From: Mytilus edulis
Taxonomy: Eukaryota
Direction: 5' to 3'
Length of the DNA stretch: 64,000 bases
Assembly: GCF_963676685.1 (NCBI RefSeq)
Contig: NC_092345.1
Coordinates: forward strand, 38,998,001-39,062,000
The notes under the pieces are model-generated. The model made no database searches, was not told where the DNA came from, and worked only from the letters and a program-made list of their open reading frames with translations. Positions 50,900 through 64,000 of the stretch are shown piece after piece; the stretch's first letter is position 1; the number at the start of each line of letters is the position of its first letter. The translations under genes and the position numbers were made by a program.

Positions 50900-53800
50900 T
50901 AAATATCACCGAGTGTAGCGAGACTAAAGACAATATTGACGATTTTAAGCTAAAACACCCTACTTTGTCCAATCCAAGGGTAAACGACCCGTTCGCCCAC
51001 ACCCCCGAATCCGCCATCTGAACGAATTTTTAATAATTATTCCTATAAAGAGACTATATTTGGATCGGATTTAATGAGGACCATATTAAAGTTTGTTTTA
51101 AAACTGGGTGATTAGCTGGAGATTAATCAGACTTCATTTAGATGGACGTGTCTTAAAAAGTAATACAGTAGATTAAAAGAAATGGGGGGGGAGGGGGGGG
51201 GGGGTGCGGGGAATAAAAGGTTTTGAAAGAGAAACATATTTTCTGTTTATTTAACCTTTTAAATTTAGGTATTACAACATCTTCCTCGGTTCTTTTAAGC
51301 ATATCATTGAGGGAAAGATATTCAAAAGCAATTAATCTTATTTAAACTCAACAACCCTTGCAGTTATGTTTTTTTTTTTTTTCATACACCGATTTGAAAG
51401 TACACAATTTATCAAAGTCTTAATCGTCACCAATTAAATAAAAATTGGGAATAAATTAACGGAAACGATTTAAAAACATATACCATTAAATCGCTATTTT
51501 AGAATGAGTCTAAATATAAAAAAAAGATTAATTTAAAACTTACCAAAGTCGTATTTCCCCCTTTCTTTACCCTACAAGAAACTTTCCTAGGACCCGTGGA
51601 TTGGAGAATTACGTCCACATTTCTAAAACGTTCACGTAAATTGATTACGTCATGTGTTAAAACAGTTATTGGCCAATCAAATCGGTATATGTAATTTAAA
51701 TCTGCACAGCACGAGATGTTGTGCAGATTAAATGACATATACCGACTTGCTTGGTCAATAACTATAACTTAATTACGAAACATTGTGATAATGGTCATTA
51801 AATGCCAGTTGAAGTTTGATCCTAAAAGTATGGAAGCGCATATGGTACACCCCTTGTAAAGTTATTTTGTTGCTAATAAGTCGGGATTATTAGTTATGTT
51901 GTGTGTTATAAGCTGGAATCTAATCATCACGTGGAGTCAACTTGTCGGAATGATGAAGAAATAATTGTATTACAATGTCGACGTCGACCTGCTAATATAA
52001 ATGTAATGACATCGTAATAAGAAGTCGACATGATGAATTCAACGTGTTACTTGTTTATTTGAGATGAGGTAAAAGCACGTGATTATTTTGGAAAAACATA
52101 GGTCTATTTTTACATTGATTTCCATATTTCGTTTGTTTAATGTGCTTCGGTTGTGTGAGTTATTTTGTATGAAAAGGCAGTCAAATATCAGAAAAAAAGT
52201 ACTAAAAAATAACAATATGTCGGACAAAAGGGGAATATACCCCCACTATTTAGTCAGGCCGTTTATTTTCTCAAATGGAATCAGTATAATGATGAATTCG
52301 TGAAGCCCTCAACAGAACCTTCTGTTGTATGAGATTGCCGCTTTCAGTGTAAAATTGTAATGTTGACTATAAAAAGTCAATTTTTCTGTAACATACAAGA
52401 TTTGAAAAATAGTGTTTTTTTCTGTAGATGCTTTATGTTGATCTATTGAATCAAAGCATCTACAAAAAAAAACTTTTTTTTAAATCTTGTATGATCTAAA
52501 ATATTAACTCCTATAACAATTCATGGAGATTTACAAAACAGTTTTAATTACTGCAAAAACATATTGTCCTGTTCACTAGTATCTATGTAGAAACGCAGTA
52601 AATTATATCGAAGGAAGAGAACGGGGAGGGATCCGCTAGCTAAAAGAAATAAGAAGATCAGCAAAACCTTTACCGTATAGTACGCTATCATGAAAGAATT
52701 CCGAAATGACATGCAAAACAACATCGGCGGGAAACCTAACAATCTAAATGACGAAGACGCCGACGCCACTACTCGATAAAGTTGTGAGATGTGATGTGAC
52801 AACTAGCTACCAGAGTTTAAATCAAGAGGATGTCAGCAATCACAGGCAGTCGTACGGCCTTTAACAAATCGTATAGTCGGCTATAAAAGACCACCACGTG
52901 GAAAAGTGAAACAATTCAAACGAAAAATGTATCGGCCTTATTTATAACAAAACAATTTACAAAAAACAAATATGAAACACATGAACCAACGGTAACTATT
53001 GAACTACAGCTCTTGACTTCTGACAGGCATATGAAGAATGTGGCGGAGTTAAACATGTATGTGAGCGCTCAACCCTAACCCAAACCTGGGACCACCGTGT
53101 CGCAGCACAACAAAAACCATAAAAAAATAAGCTGTAGCTGGATAACTCAATAGATCGGTATTACTGGCCAATATAAATTCAGCAAAATCCGGCGAAGATC
53201 TCGAAGAGTGAGCTGATCCTGCTCAAAGTGAGTCACCTGTCGTGTTATTCGTGAAATTACAAACCCAATGATTTGGTCGAATGCGGTAGGTCATCCTTGA
53301 GGAAAAGCGGAAGGAATTATGGTTACGACAATTGGAACATATATTATCCGTTGTTTCCCTGTAATTGAGTGTGAGATGATTAAAAGTGTTCCATTTGTTG
53401 ACAATAAAGTACTTGTCATTTGATTTGTGTCGAGCCTGCGACATTAATGTCGCGGAAGTGAGACAAAGCAAATCTTTATTTAGTCGTCGGTATTAATGGC
53501 GTCGGCGCTTTCGTCTTTTAGATTGTTATGTTTCTCATTTTTTTTGTTCACATTTATCATTTCGGGATCTTACATAGCTTACTATGCGGTAGGGGTTTTG
53601 CTCATTGTTAAAGACCATATAGTGACATAAAGCTGCATACTTCTCAGTGTTTTGGTATGTTTTGGAGAGATGTCTTATTGGCTATCATACCACATCTTCT
53701 TATTTTCATATAAGTATAAAGAAAGAATACGTGGTATAATTGTCAATGAGACAACTCTCCATAAGAGACAAAATGACACAGAATTTTACAATTATAGGTT

Positions 53801-54785
53801 ACCGTACGGCCTTCGACAATGAGCAAAGCCTATACTGGCTAGTCCTCTGTAAAAGACCCCGAAATGATAAAGTAGAACAATTCAAACGAGAAAACTAACG
53901 AACTTATTAATGAACAAAAAGTGAACAAAAAACAAATGTGTAACACACCAACAAACGACAACCACTAAATAACAGGCTCATGACAGTGGGCAGGCACATA
54001 CATATAGCATGTGGCGGGGTTAAACATGTTAGCGGGATCCTAACCCTCTCCTTACCTTGGACAGTGGTGTAACATTACAACATTAGAATGAACTATAAAA
54101 ATCAATTGAAAAAGGCTTAACTCATCAAATAGATACAAATAGAAATAATACACAGAGTGGACATGGCCGGGAACTTGTATATCCCAACAACAAAAAGACA
54201 CGAAGCACAATTTTGAGAGTTTTGTTTTGCAGTTAATAAAACTTGTTTGTCCTGATAAACTTGTAAATCTCCATTTATGTTATAAACCGTGTATAGTTGT
54301 ATAGGAGTTATCTTTAAGATCAATATAAAGCATCTACAGAAAAAATCTTTTTTTTAAATCTTGAAATTTTTAGAGTCAACAGCATTCTCAGGAAAAGAGA
54401 GAGGGTTCCTGGGAATCTTTCACGAATTAAGTATAGTACTGATTCCATTTGAGAACTAAGGAAAATAAACGGTCCGACTAAATGGTGGGGGTATATCCCC
54501 CTTATGTCCGAAATATTGGGGTTTTTTTGGTACTTTTTTTCTGATATTTGACTGCCGTTCCCCCTTTTCATACAAAATAACTCACACAACCGAAGCACAT
54601 TAAACAAACGAAATATGGAAATCAATGTAAAAATAGACCTATGTTTTTCCAAAATAATCACGTGCTTTTACCTCATCTCAAATAAACAAGTTGTCGACTT
54701 AATCAATTAACACGTTGAATTCATCATGTCGACTTCTTATTACGATGTCATTACATTTATATTAGCAAGTCGACGTCGACATTGT

Positions 54786-55214
54786 GGCCACAGACCACAA
54801 TTAATTCTTCTATCAGTTCTTTATAACCTTTTGCATCATTAAAAAAATTGCACCATGCACTTTTGTCCAATTTTTTGTGTGTGTAATGTATAGTCCTAGT
54901 CCAAATATATATCCAAAATTCAGAAAGATTGTAACAATCACTTTTACAAATTTAGCCAATACACATCCATACCCCTATTGACAAGTCAAGAGATTTTCCG
55001 AAAACTGTAAATATTACCTTTTTGCACTTGGCCTAATCACTCATTCCAAATCAAAATAAGTTAAAATACAACATCCAAAAATTTATTTCACCTCTCTTCT
55101 TTCATTTCCACCAAAAAAAATCTAAGAAATGAGTGAGGAAGGGAAAGAAAAAAAAATAAGGAAAAATACACTCTAATTAAAAGGAACTATATTCATTAAT
55201 TGTGGTCTTGGGCC
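54786..55214. mobile_element. MITE with 4-bp TSD, present in one palindrome arm only
   Basis: TIR GGCCACAGACCACAATTAAT / ATTAATTGTGGTCTTGGGCC; TSD TTGT. The empty site is TACAATGTCGAC at ~51972. Confidence 0.85.
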
Positions 55215-58200
55215 TTGTAATACAATTATTTCTTCATCATTCCGACAAGTTGACTCCATATATTGATTAGATTCCAGCTTATAACACACAATATAACTTA
55301 TAATTCCGACTTATAAGCAACAAAATAACTTTACAAGGGGTGTACCATATGCGCTTCCATATAAAAGAGAACAAAGTGGCACTATCGAACAATCAACTAT
55401 GCAACAAATTGTTTTGTTGTTTCTTTTTCAATTTTTCTTTTCCATGATACTTGTGGGAAAATTCAGGTTTTGTTATCATTTATTAGGGGATTAAACTATG
55501 TTAATTGATTTTACTTTCTGAAATTTTGTTAAATACAAGTATTCAAATTTCATCCTTATGACACAGCGTCAATGTGCATTGTTTCGGGTAATTTTTCTAA
55601 AATATTCTTCTGATGAATACAGAAAAAATCGACTATACGTTCGACAACTTCCTCGCATATTTTGTAAACTCTCCATACTTGACCAAAATATAAACATGTT
55701 GCAACCAGACGTTTTTAGATCTCACACATCCTTACTTTAAAGTGTGTTTATTAATCACCAATTATCCAGATTCTTTTATTAATGAGGCACTTAAATCTAA
55801 AAACCATCCTCCCCCTCCAAACAAACAAACCTAAATACACAGTTTATACCTAGCTTTGTGAATTAATATAATTGTAATTTGAGTACTATAATGAACAGTT
55901 GAAGCAACAAATAACATCTGGTTGAGCCGGGGCGTAGTACGCTGATTAGGTTTTAATTTGAAGTACTACAAAATAATCCAACTGATTGATGTGTTCGCTG
56001 ACAGAACGGTAATCATTTTATAAAGATCAAAAACTTAAACACCCTCAAAAGATTGAATGATGTGTATTACTATGTTGGGGAAAGTCTTTTTCGAATAAAT
56101 GATTTAAAATATCAATCAAAATAACATGCAATGAAATGATTGCTCGAGTTTTGTTTATTTCATTTATATCAAGCAAACTAATATTGATCATACGACCAAG
56201 AGACAGCAATCCAACGACACAAAACAATTGATGTAAGTATATTGCAAATCGTTATATTAACATGGGTTGATATCAATGTTCTTTTCAGGTTATTTTTGTT
56301 CACAGATTGATCTAAGTGAACTAGCCTGTTTATAATTAAAAAAAAAAGAAAGAAAAAACCTCCAATCTTATATTTTGGTTTTCTTAAATCGACTTATTTT
56401 GGATCTCACCATTTTCTTTTAAGTTTTACAAGCTCTGACGATTTTGCTATAGGACTTTTTGTCAATTATTAAAACAAGTTGCTTTCTTTACAAAAAAAAA
56501 GCAATACGTAAACCTAAGATCGCTGACTGGTCACCAATTTTCGTTTCCATTTGAATTGAAATAATTGACTGTGAATAGAAGAAGATAATGCTGAAGTTAA
56601 AGTACCTTCATCAAAAATATGTAATAGTGTGTACATTCTTGCACAAGGCAGTTGGAAGTAATGTCGGATGGTTGTTACTTGGGATTGTACATCATTTTTT
56701 TTCATAAACCTATTGCAAATCCCAGTTGGTACAAACCGGATGTATAATGAAAATTGCACAAAACAATTACAATATAAGTTTAAGCACTCAGTTTGCTTTA
56801 TAAACTGCATGGGTGCATTCATTTTATCTATCATATCTTTATATTTTGTTTCCTGTATGTATGCCTTCGTACTCAACTCGTTATTGAAGTTGTCTGTACT
56901 CATGGTAGATAAATTTAAATTCCATTGTCCATGTTAAGTGGAACCCTCTGACATGCACCTTATAAGAAGGTTTCGTATATTTATTCTTGAGAGTAACACA
57001 CCAGCTTCATTTGGACCTCTCATATGAAGACTTATTTTGGTCTCATAAAACATCTAAAATGTTTAAGGATTTCCGGATTTTACTTAAATCAATCCAAATA
57101 TTCTACAGGGAAACTTAGTTTTGGAGAATATCTTATCTTCAGAAGTTTTATGAATATCTGAACAAACTCTCAAAAGGAACCAATTTACTTAAAAAGACAT
57201 GTAAAAATTAAAAGATACCAGGATAAACATGTTGCACGCCAGACGCGATACAAATACATTACGAAGTTGGGTAGAAAATTCTTTGCTTTTCGAAAATGTC
57301 AAAGTTTTTGAAAGGACAGTAACTCAAAAACAAAACTAAAGAGATAAACAGATCAGAACACCGTAAGCAATGATGGCCGTATCATAACATAGTTACTCTC
57401 AATTTATATGAAAAGACATATAGATATAAAAATAAATACCAGGATTAATATAGTGTACGCCAGGCGCGAGTTAAGTCTACAAAGAATCATCAGTGACGCT
57501 TGAATAAAAACAGTTAAGAAGGCGAAAGTACATAGTAAGGTTATCTATATCTATGATGATTTTCTTCCTTAGGTAGAAATTCCATGGCATTTCGAAAATG
57601 CAAACGTTTATAGGACTGCGCCTCAAAAAGAAAACTAAAGAGATAGAAAGATCAGAATACCGTAAGCAATTATGGCCGTGCTTGAAAGTCACATGCTAAG
57701 TTCTTACTGCCGTGTCCTGAATTCTCGAGTGAAATTAATATTTATGCATGAACGTGGTATTTTTGTGCAAGAAATCATAAATAGAAAGCATACGCACTAG
57801 TACTCTGGATAAGAATACGCATTTGCGTCATAACATATATTAATCTAATATAGTTGAATTCGGATGTCAAACTACCTTCCTCAAGTGTTTTGAGTCCGAG
57901 GCCTGTTTATCGAAGCAGTCTTAGAATTAGGTCATGTCCTAAGACCACCAACTTAGGAAATATCTTAGTCCTAAATTGGTTTATCAAACATGTCGAATTC
58001 CTATCAATTGTCCTAACTTAAAGATACTTATTTAGGTCTCTTAAGATGGTTTGAGGACTTTAGGATACATTTAGGATGACTATTTTATAAACAAATAGGG
58101 AATACAGGTTGCATTTACTTTAGGGAGCTACCATTTGATTTATATGGCGTTTTTTTGTTTGTTTGTTTGGTGTTTTTTTTATGGGGGGGGGGGGATATTA

Positions 58201-58323
58201 CTGCATATAACACACGTAAGTTATTTGCAGTAATAAAATAGTTGAAGTACTCAGTATTTATATGAAAGATGCACGAGATTTGTCTTTGAACTTTTAAGTA
58301 AGAAATCGTGACATCGAGTTTGG

Positions 58324-60688
58324 GGGCCTGTTTATAGAAGCTCTCTTACTAATAGGATTAGGACGTGTCCTAAGACCAACTTAAGACATATCTTAGTCAT
58401 AAGTGGGTTTATCAAACATGTCGCAACTTAGGAAAATCCAAGGAATTGTCCTAACTTTAGGATACCAATTTAGGTGTCTTAAGATGGTTGTACATTTGTA
58501 TACTCTGTCCTCTCCTTTCATTTTTCACCCTATTCGTTTCTGTCTTTTTATATCAGTTTATTCTTACTCTATTTGCATAAATTGTCATCCACCTTCTTTT
58601 TTTTTTTTTGCAAACATGCTCATCCTGTCCTGCGTTTTTTTTTCAAATTTCATCCTACTTTCTATCAAATGGTACTGTATTATATATTTGTTAATTTTCT
58701 ATCAGTCAAAGTCTGAATCTATTTGGAAATCTTTTTACTTTTCTTTTGTTGAAAGCAATTCATAATCAGCTGAGATTCTAATATGAGCTTTGATTTTAGC
58801 CGAGCCTGTGACATTTTTGTGGCGAAAGCAAGAAATAGCGATCCTTGTTTTCGTCAGGGGTGTCAACATTAAGGTTTAGTATGTTTACATTTTTTTTTTT
58901 AATATCAATTATTTTGTCAAATCTTCGTGAAATTTTACGAAAGTTGGACAGAAGCTTTTTATTCTCATTAGAGTATACAGAGCATCACTGTCTGTGGTTA
59001 AAGTTTGTTACATTTCAAATATTTTGTCAAACCTTTATCGAATTTTATGAAACTTTGGTAAAAGCTTTTTTGTGATTTATTCAAATTCAGATTCAAATAT
59101 TTGTTTAAGATATGACTTTAATATTTTTTTCTGTCTATGAAGAAATAACATGAAAAATTTGGTGCACACTGAATAACGCGCGTAGCGGGTTATTAATCAG
59201 TGTGCACCACATTTTTTATGTTATTTCGAATAGACAGAAAATATATTACAGTCATTTCTTATAATTTAATTCTAAATTCCATTTTAAACCGTAGAAAACC
59301 ATAAAAAAAAACGTTGATGACGTGACGGTCACATGACTAAATTATGTCTATGGGCTGATAACAAAATAACGTCAGCCAATCAGAAGACGCGTTACATCCC
59401 AAATTAAATTATTGCCATATAGCTTTAAACATAAAGTTTGTGACATACAAAATCAGTAAACAAATTAATGTATGAAGCAAAATTTTAAGAATATATATAT
59501 ATATCTTTTTTCCATTTACATACGGACTTACCTTTTAGCAATTAACACACGGTCTGTGATTATTTGTTTTTTACATGATAAATTTGAAATAATTTTTCTG
59601 ATATTGTCATATTCCATCTCACGAAAAAAATCTACAGAAAATGTTTAATTATTTAAACCCCTGCAATGGGCTGATAAATGGATTCAATGTTCGCTAGGAA
59701 GCGGTAATCCAGGCGAACAAAACAGTCCCACGGAACCCTTTATGAATTTTCATGCATAATGCATCTAAACATCTATGAAAATTAATCATTTCATATTCAT
59801 TAACGTCATTTGCACAAAAAGGGGTTTTGTTTAAGTTACTGCTTTTCCCTACGGTTCTTTATAAGTGTTTTTTTTTAAGTAACTGGTTTGGATATTTTCT
59901 CTAACACCAATGACCATTGGATTCTAAATCAACACAATGGTCAATGCATTAATTTAAACATAAAAGATTAAAAAGATGGTCTCTAAAGTATGTTCAACTA
60001 GCTATTGATTGGGGTCTTTTTATGTCAGAAAAGGGCTTCCCCTCGATCCCACTACAAGTAGATGTTAGAACTTGGATTCGATTGAGGGCTTCAAACTTCT
60101 TGCCGAGGTTAGGGCGTACACTCAAAAGTACGCCACTGAATATTAGATCTCAATTTCTCTTTTCAGCACCATTGGTTGCAATATTTGACAATTTAACAAT
60201 TTCTAGTTGTGCATCGAAAAAAAAGTGCTCAGTATTTATATGAAAGATGCACGAGATTTGGACTTTAAGTATATGAAACCGTGACACTTCGAGTTCAGCA
60301 TAGTGGTTTTACCGATTACATATGTAATGTTAACAGTTACTATTTACAATTAGTTTTTTTTTTAAATATTATATAAAACGTTATTATATTTTTTGTCTTA
60401 TGTTTTGTTTCATAGAATTTAAATGTACACTTATAATGTAAAAACTACTGTTTACCTTTAATTTTAAACTAAGAATTCTTTTATAATTATTAATCTTTTT
60501 TAAATTATAGTAATTAGTTTGGTTAAATTTGATACAAAATTGTCACTTTTAATTTGCTATATTCTTTTACGCCAATACTTAGGACAGCGGTTAGGACATA
60601 CTAGATATAAAGATAATTCTAGGATAGCTTCGATGTGCATGCTGAGATTCTTAGGACTGAGCTTAGGACCGTTTCGATAAACAGGTCC
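58324..60688. mobile_element. Harbinger-like GGGCCTGTTT MITE (inner copy)
   Basis: GGGCCTGTTTATAGAAG / TTCGATAAACAGGTCC with flanks TGG/CGG. Internal 60224-60660 duplicates outer 58246-58320 plus 60700-61110. Confidence 0.75.
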
Positions 60689-61351
60689 CGGCTCACTCAA
60701 AGCATATAATGATTTTACCGATTATATATTTAATTAAACAATTTACAATTAGTTTGTTTAATTTTTATATCAAACATGGTTATATTTCTAGTTTTATGTT
60801 TTGTTTTATGAATGTACAATTATAATATAAAAATATTTATTACCTTTAATCTAAATATAATAATTATTTTCTAAAAATTAATCTTTATTAAATTATTGTT
60901 ATTGGTTAAATATGATACAATATTTTCCTTTTTAATTTGCTATTTCGTTTTACTCCAATACCTAGGACAGCGGTAAGAACATCCTAGCTAATATAATCCT
61001 ATTTAGTAAGATAATTTCGATGTGCTTGCTGAGAGATGTCGTAAGTCGGTCCTAACTTTATCCTAATTTCCGTCCTAAGAAATTCTTATGACCGATCGTA
61101 GGACAGTTTTAATAAACAAGGGCCGGTAACAAGAAATTTTATTAAGAGAGGTCGTAAGTATTGAATTGAGGAGAAGATAAGATCATTCTAAGATCATTCA
61201 AAGAGTGTAAATCAAAGCTCCCTCAGGTTGTTCGTGGATCGGTCTTCTTTCCCCCTTAAGTTGTATCGTAATAGTTTTCAAGTTACGAGTTCTTAATAAT
61301 TTTCTGACGTTTCCGTTTTTGGTTCATCGCAAAGAAATTAGAATCACCTTA

Positions 61352-61642
61352 GGCAGCAACCATTTGATTTTCTGGGGGGTGGGGGGGGGGGTATGGTTTT
61401 TTTTGGAAAAAAAGTTTGTTTCCAGTTTTTGGAGAAAAAAAATAATTTGTTTTTGATTCTGAGATAAAAAAAAATTGTTTGTTTCACCCTCAGCTGCCAC
61501 TCTATGTTATACTAAAATTGAAAGAAAAAAATTGTTTTCGACTTGTCGCCAAAAAAATAGATTGTTTTTCGCCGTAGGCGAAAAAAATAATTTGTCCAGA
61601 AAAAAAACCATAGCCCCCCCAGAAAATCAAATGGTTGCTGCC
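61352..61642. mobile_element. MITE with 28-bp TIR and TTA target duplication
   Basis: GGCAGCAACCATTTGATTTTCTGGGGGG / CCCCCCAGAAAATCAAATGGTTGCTGCC, with TTA on both sides. Confidence 0.85.
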
Positions 61643-62274
61643 TTAAATGAATCATCAGAACGTTTTAATGAACGATAAAATGCGCATAGCAATCAACTAC
61701 CCATTTAACCTAAGGAAAACAATTCTGGCCTCAGACCACCATTATTCTTCCCCTTTGCCACAATGCTCTTTTTGATAATTAAAAAAATTGCACCACTTCA
61801 AACATGAAATAAATTTAACTGCTTATAAACGATTACTTTCATTTCGATCAAATCACTATTATAATGGTTTCCTTTAATAAATTGTTATTTGGATGGATAG
61901 TTGTCTTATTGGCATTCATACCACATCTTCCTATATCTTGTCACTTAAAACAATATTTTTTGTCACATTTTGAAAGCCTTCTAGAACAAAAAATCAAATC
62001 ACAAAAATACTGAACTCTGAGGAAAATTTAAAACGGAAAGTCCCGAACCAAATGGCAAAATCAAATGATAAAACACATCAAACGAATGGATGACACCTGT
62101 CATATTCTTGACTTGTTACAGACATTTTCAAATGTAAAAAATGGTGGATTGAACCTTGTTTAAAGCGCTAAACCTCTCACTTTTATGACAGTCTTATCAG
62201 ATTCCATTATATTGATAACAATGCGTGAACAAAACGGACACAATAGCCAAAAATGTCACAAATAGGTGTATAAC

Positions 62275-62570
62275 AGCAAAACGAAACCCACTAAAAACTG
62301 GGGATATTTCAGATGATCCAGAAGGGTAAGCAGATCCTTTTCCACGTGTGGCGCCCATCGCGTTGCTCATTGTATTACGAAACCGGTAAATAGTCTAATT
62401 CGTTAGGTCACATTCGTGAAAAGGGAATGGGACTGTAGTTACGACATAATGAACATATCCGATATCATCTGTATTTATGGATATTCCATAAACGGTCAAC
62501 CAACTCATGATGGCTTCCGTAAAATTTAAAAAGTGATGATTTCAACTTCACCATCTGGAACTCTTGGTTT
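62275..62570 (-). mobile_element. 3' fragment of a Penelope-like element (RT C-terminus plus structured tail)
   Basis: Minus-strand NQEFQMVKLKSSLFKFYGSHHELVDR, followed by a GATCTGCTTACCCTTCTGGATCATCTGA tail. Confidence 0.55.
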
Positions 62571-62702
62571 AAAAATGAAAAAAGTCACAAATTTCTTTAT
62601 GCTTTTAATTTAATACTTCTCTCAACAGGCCAAAATTGTAATGATTTACAATAAAGAGAAACTACCATCATCCACACACATGGCCGAGAAAACACTGATA
62701 TA

Positions 62703-62866
62703 TAATTTCTTATTCAGATGAATTAATAATTAGAATAAAAAAGTTCTAATTTCTTATTCAGATGAATTAATAATTAGAATAAAAAAGTTCTAATTTCTTA
62801 TTCAGATGAATTAATAATTAGAATAAAAAAGTTCTAATTTCTTATTCAGATGAATTAATAATTAGA
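62703..62866. repeat. 44-bp minisatellite, ~3.7 identical copies
   Basis: TAATTTCTTATTCAGATGAATTAATAATTAGAATAAAAAAGTTC repeats at exact period 44. Confidence 0.9.
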
Positions 62867-64000
62867 GTAGTCGGGACCACTCTTAAAAAAAATATCAAGT
62901 GAAGCTATTGCGGATTGTTCTTGGTACACTCCTAAGTTGCTAAGTTTGTTTTAAGAACACTTAATAACTGACAAAAATTTAAGAATGATTTTGTGTTACC
63001 GGAATTAGTAAGATTGCTTTAAGGTAGACGTAAGAATCGTTCTTAAATCATGCGTTTTTTTCAAAACATAAAGGGCTGTTAATCATTCTAAGATAGGTCT
63101 GAGGTTGGGTCTTGTTACATTCTTAAATCTTAAGACGCCCATTAAACGTTCGTAAGACATAAGAAGGCTTCTTGTTACCGGCCCCTGGTCCCTGATTCAT
63201 TAACATTGTATCCGAAATTTTTATGAATGCAAACCGTGAGTGTGAGTGTGCGTGTGAACAGGGTGATGTATAATGTGAATGAATCAAGACGTGCATGTAC
63301 AAATGTACATATATTTAAAAGCTATAATTAAAAAGAATAAAAATGAAAAACAAATTGAAATTTTATTATTTTGAGAAAGGAAATGGGGATTGTGTCAAAG
63401 AGACAACAAACCGACAAAAGAGCAGAAAACAGCCGAAGGCCACCATTGGGTCTCCAATACAGCGAGAAAATCCCGCACCCGAAAGGCGTGATTCAGATGG
63501 TCCCTAAACAAAACTTGATATGTATTAGTTCAGGGAAAATGGACATCATACTTAACTCCGAAATATTACTAAAATTAAAAATCACACAAGACTATCAAAG
63601 TCCAGAGGCTTCTGTCTTGGAACAAGTGCAAAATCGCGGCGGTGTTAAACATATATACATTCCTTTTTTTCCTGTAGAATAGCTTGAATATATTTATCAA
63701 TAAACACAAAGGCAAGTATTATACGGATTGACATTTTATTTATCAAATTAATTTCTGAATGCCCTTTTTAAAGTCTAACATTCCACTATATGAATATATT
63801 GCTATATATCAGCAGAGACTTTAACAAAATCCTTACTAAAACAGTATAATTTAATTTTGGATGTAACGTGTCTTCTGATTGGCTGACGTTATTTTGTTAT
63901 GAGCCAATAAATATACGCGCGTTATTCAGTGTGCACCAAATTTTTTATGTTATTTCTTCATAGACAGAAAAAATATTACATGTCCCCCATCCAAATGCAT

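Larger units (their letters stand above)
47273..57898. repeat. Long diverged palindrome (inverted duplication) centred near 53100
   Basis: Inverted matches: 47480-49000 vs 56400-57898; 51830-52560 vs 54220-55360; 52650-52780 vs 53475-53605. Confidence 0.8.
61120..63184. mobile_element. Harbinger-like MITE inserted in the right TIR of the outer element
   Basis: Perfect 16-bp TIR GGGCCGGTAACAAGAA / TTCTTGTTACCGGCCC; flanks CAA/CTG. Confidence 0.8.
57899..63191. mobile_element. Harbinger-like GGGCCTGTTT MITE (outer copy) containing a same-family copy and other insertions
   Basis: Left end AGGCCTGTTTATCGAAG. The right end AATAAAC..GTCC is split by the 61120-63184 element. Flanks CCG/CTG. The empty site is seen in paralogous copy B near 47485. 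Confidence 0.7.

Noticed and set aside
52079-54661. Twin MIILEKHRS... ORFs as a duplicated gene pair
   Set aside because: GTG starts, frames diverge after ~32 codons, and no recognisable domain; explained by the palindrome.
62703-62866. Regular 44-bp repeat as a CRISPR array
   Set aside because: Head-to-tail identical units with no spacers, in a eukaryotic context with no cas genes.

Overview
AT-rich eukaryotic genomic DNA, almost entirely intronic or intergenic and densely packed with transposons. The repeat content (a ~354-nt hammerhead retrozyme, HINE/Helentron repeats, tRNA-headed SINEs) suggests a bivalve, probably a Mytilus mussel; this is inference. The only host gene supported is the last two coding exons of a group II PLP-dependent decarboxylase (GAD/CSAD/GADL1 family; + strand, 18364-18453 and 23365-23538). 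Mobile elements include: an LTR-intact BEL/Pao derivative that keeps only gag-protease and carries a nested LINE; a near-intact DIRS-type tyrosine-recombinase (YR) retrotransposon, with a predicted spliced gag-YR mRNA, lying between two outward-facing Penelope GIY-YIG ends; a palindromic Penelope terminal cassette with three U3:A8-variant minimal hammerheads; an intron-containing Crypton with a reconstructable empty site; and many nested MITEs. The right third of the window is an inverted triplication including a >10-kb palindrome with probable gene-conversion tracts. The best novelty candidates are the Penelope-DIRS-Penelope composite, the gag-YR splice, and Harbinger-like MITEs that twice inserted at the same CWG inside another MITE's terminal repeat. 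No CRISPR, rRNA or true tRNA genes were seen. All alignments were done by eye.
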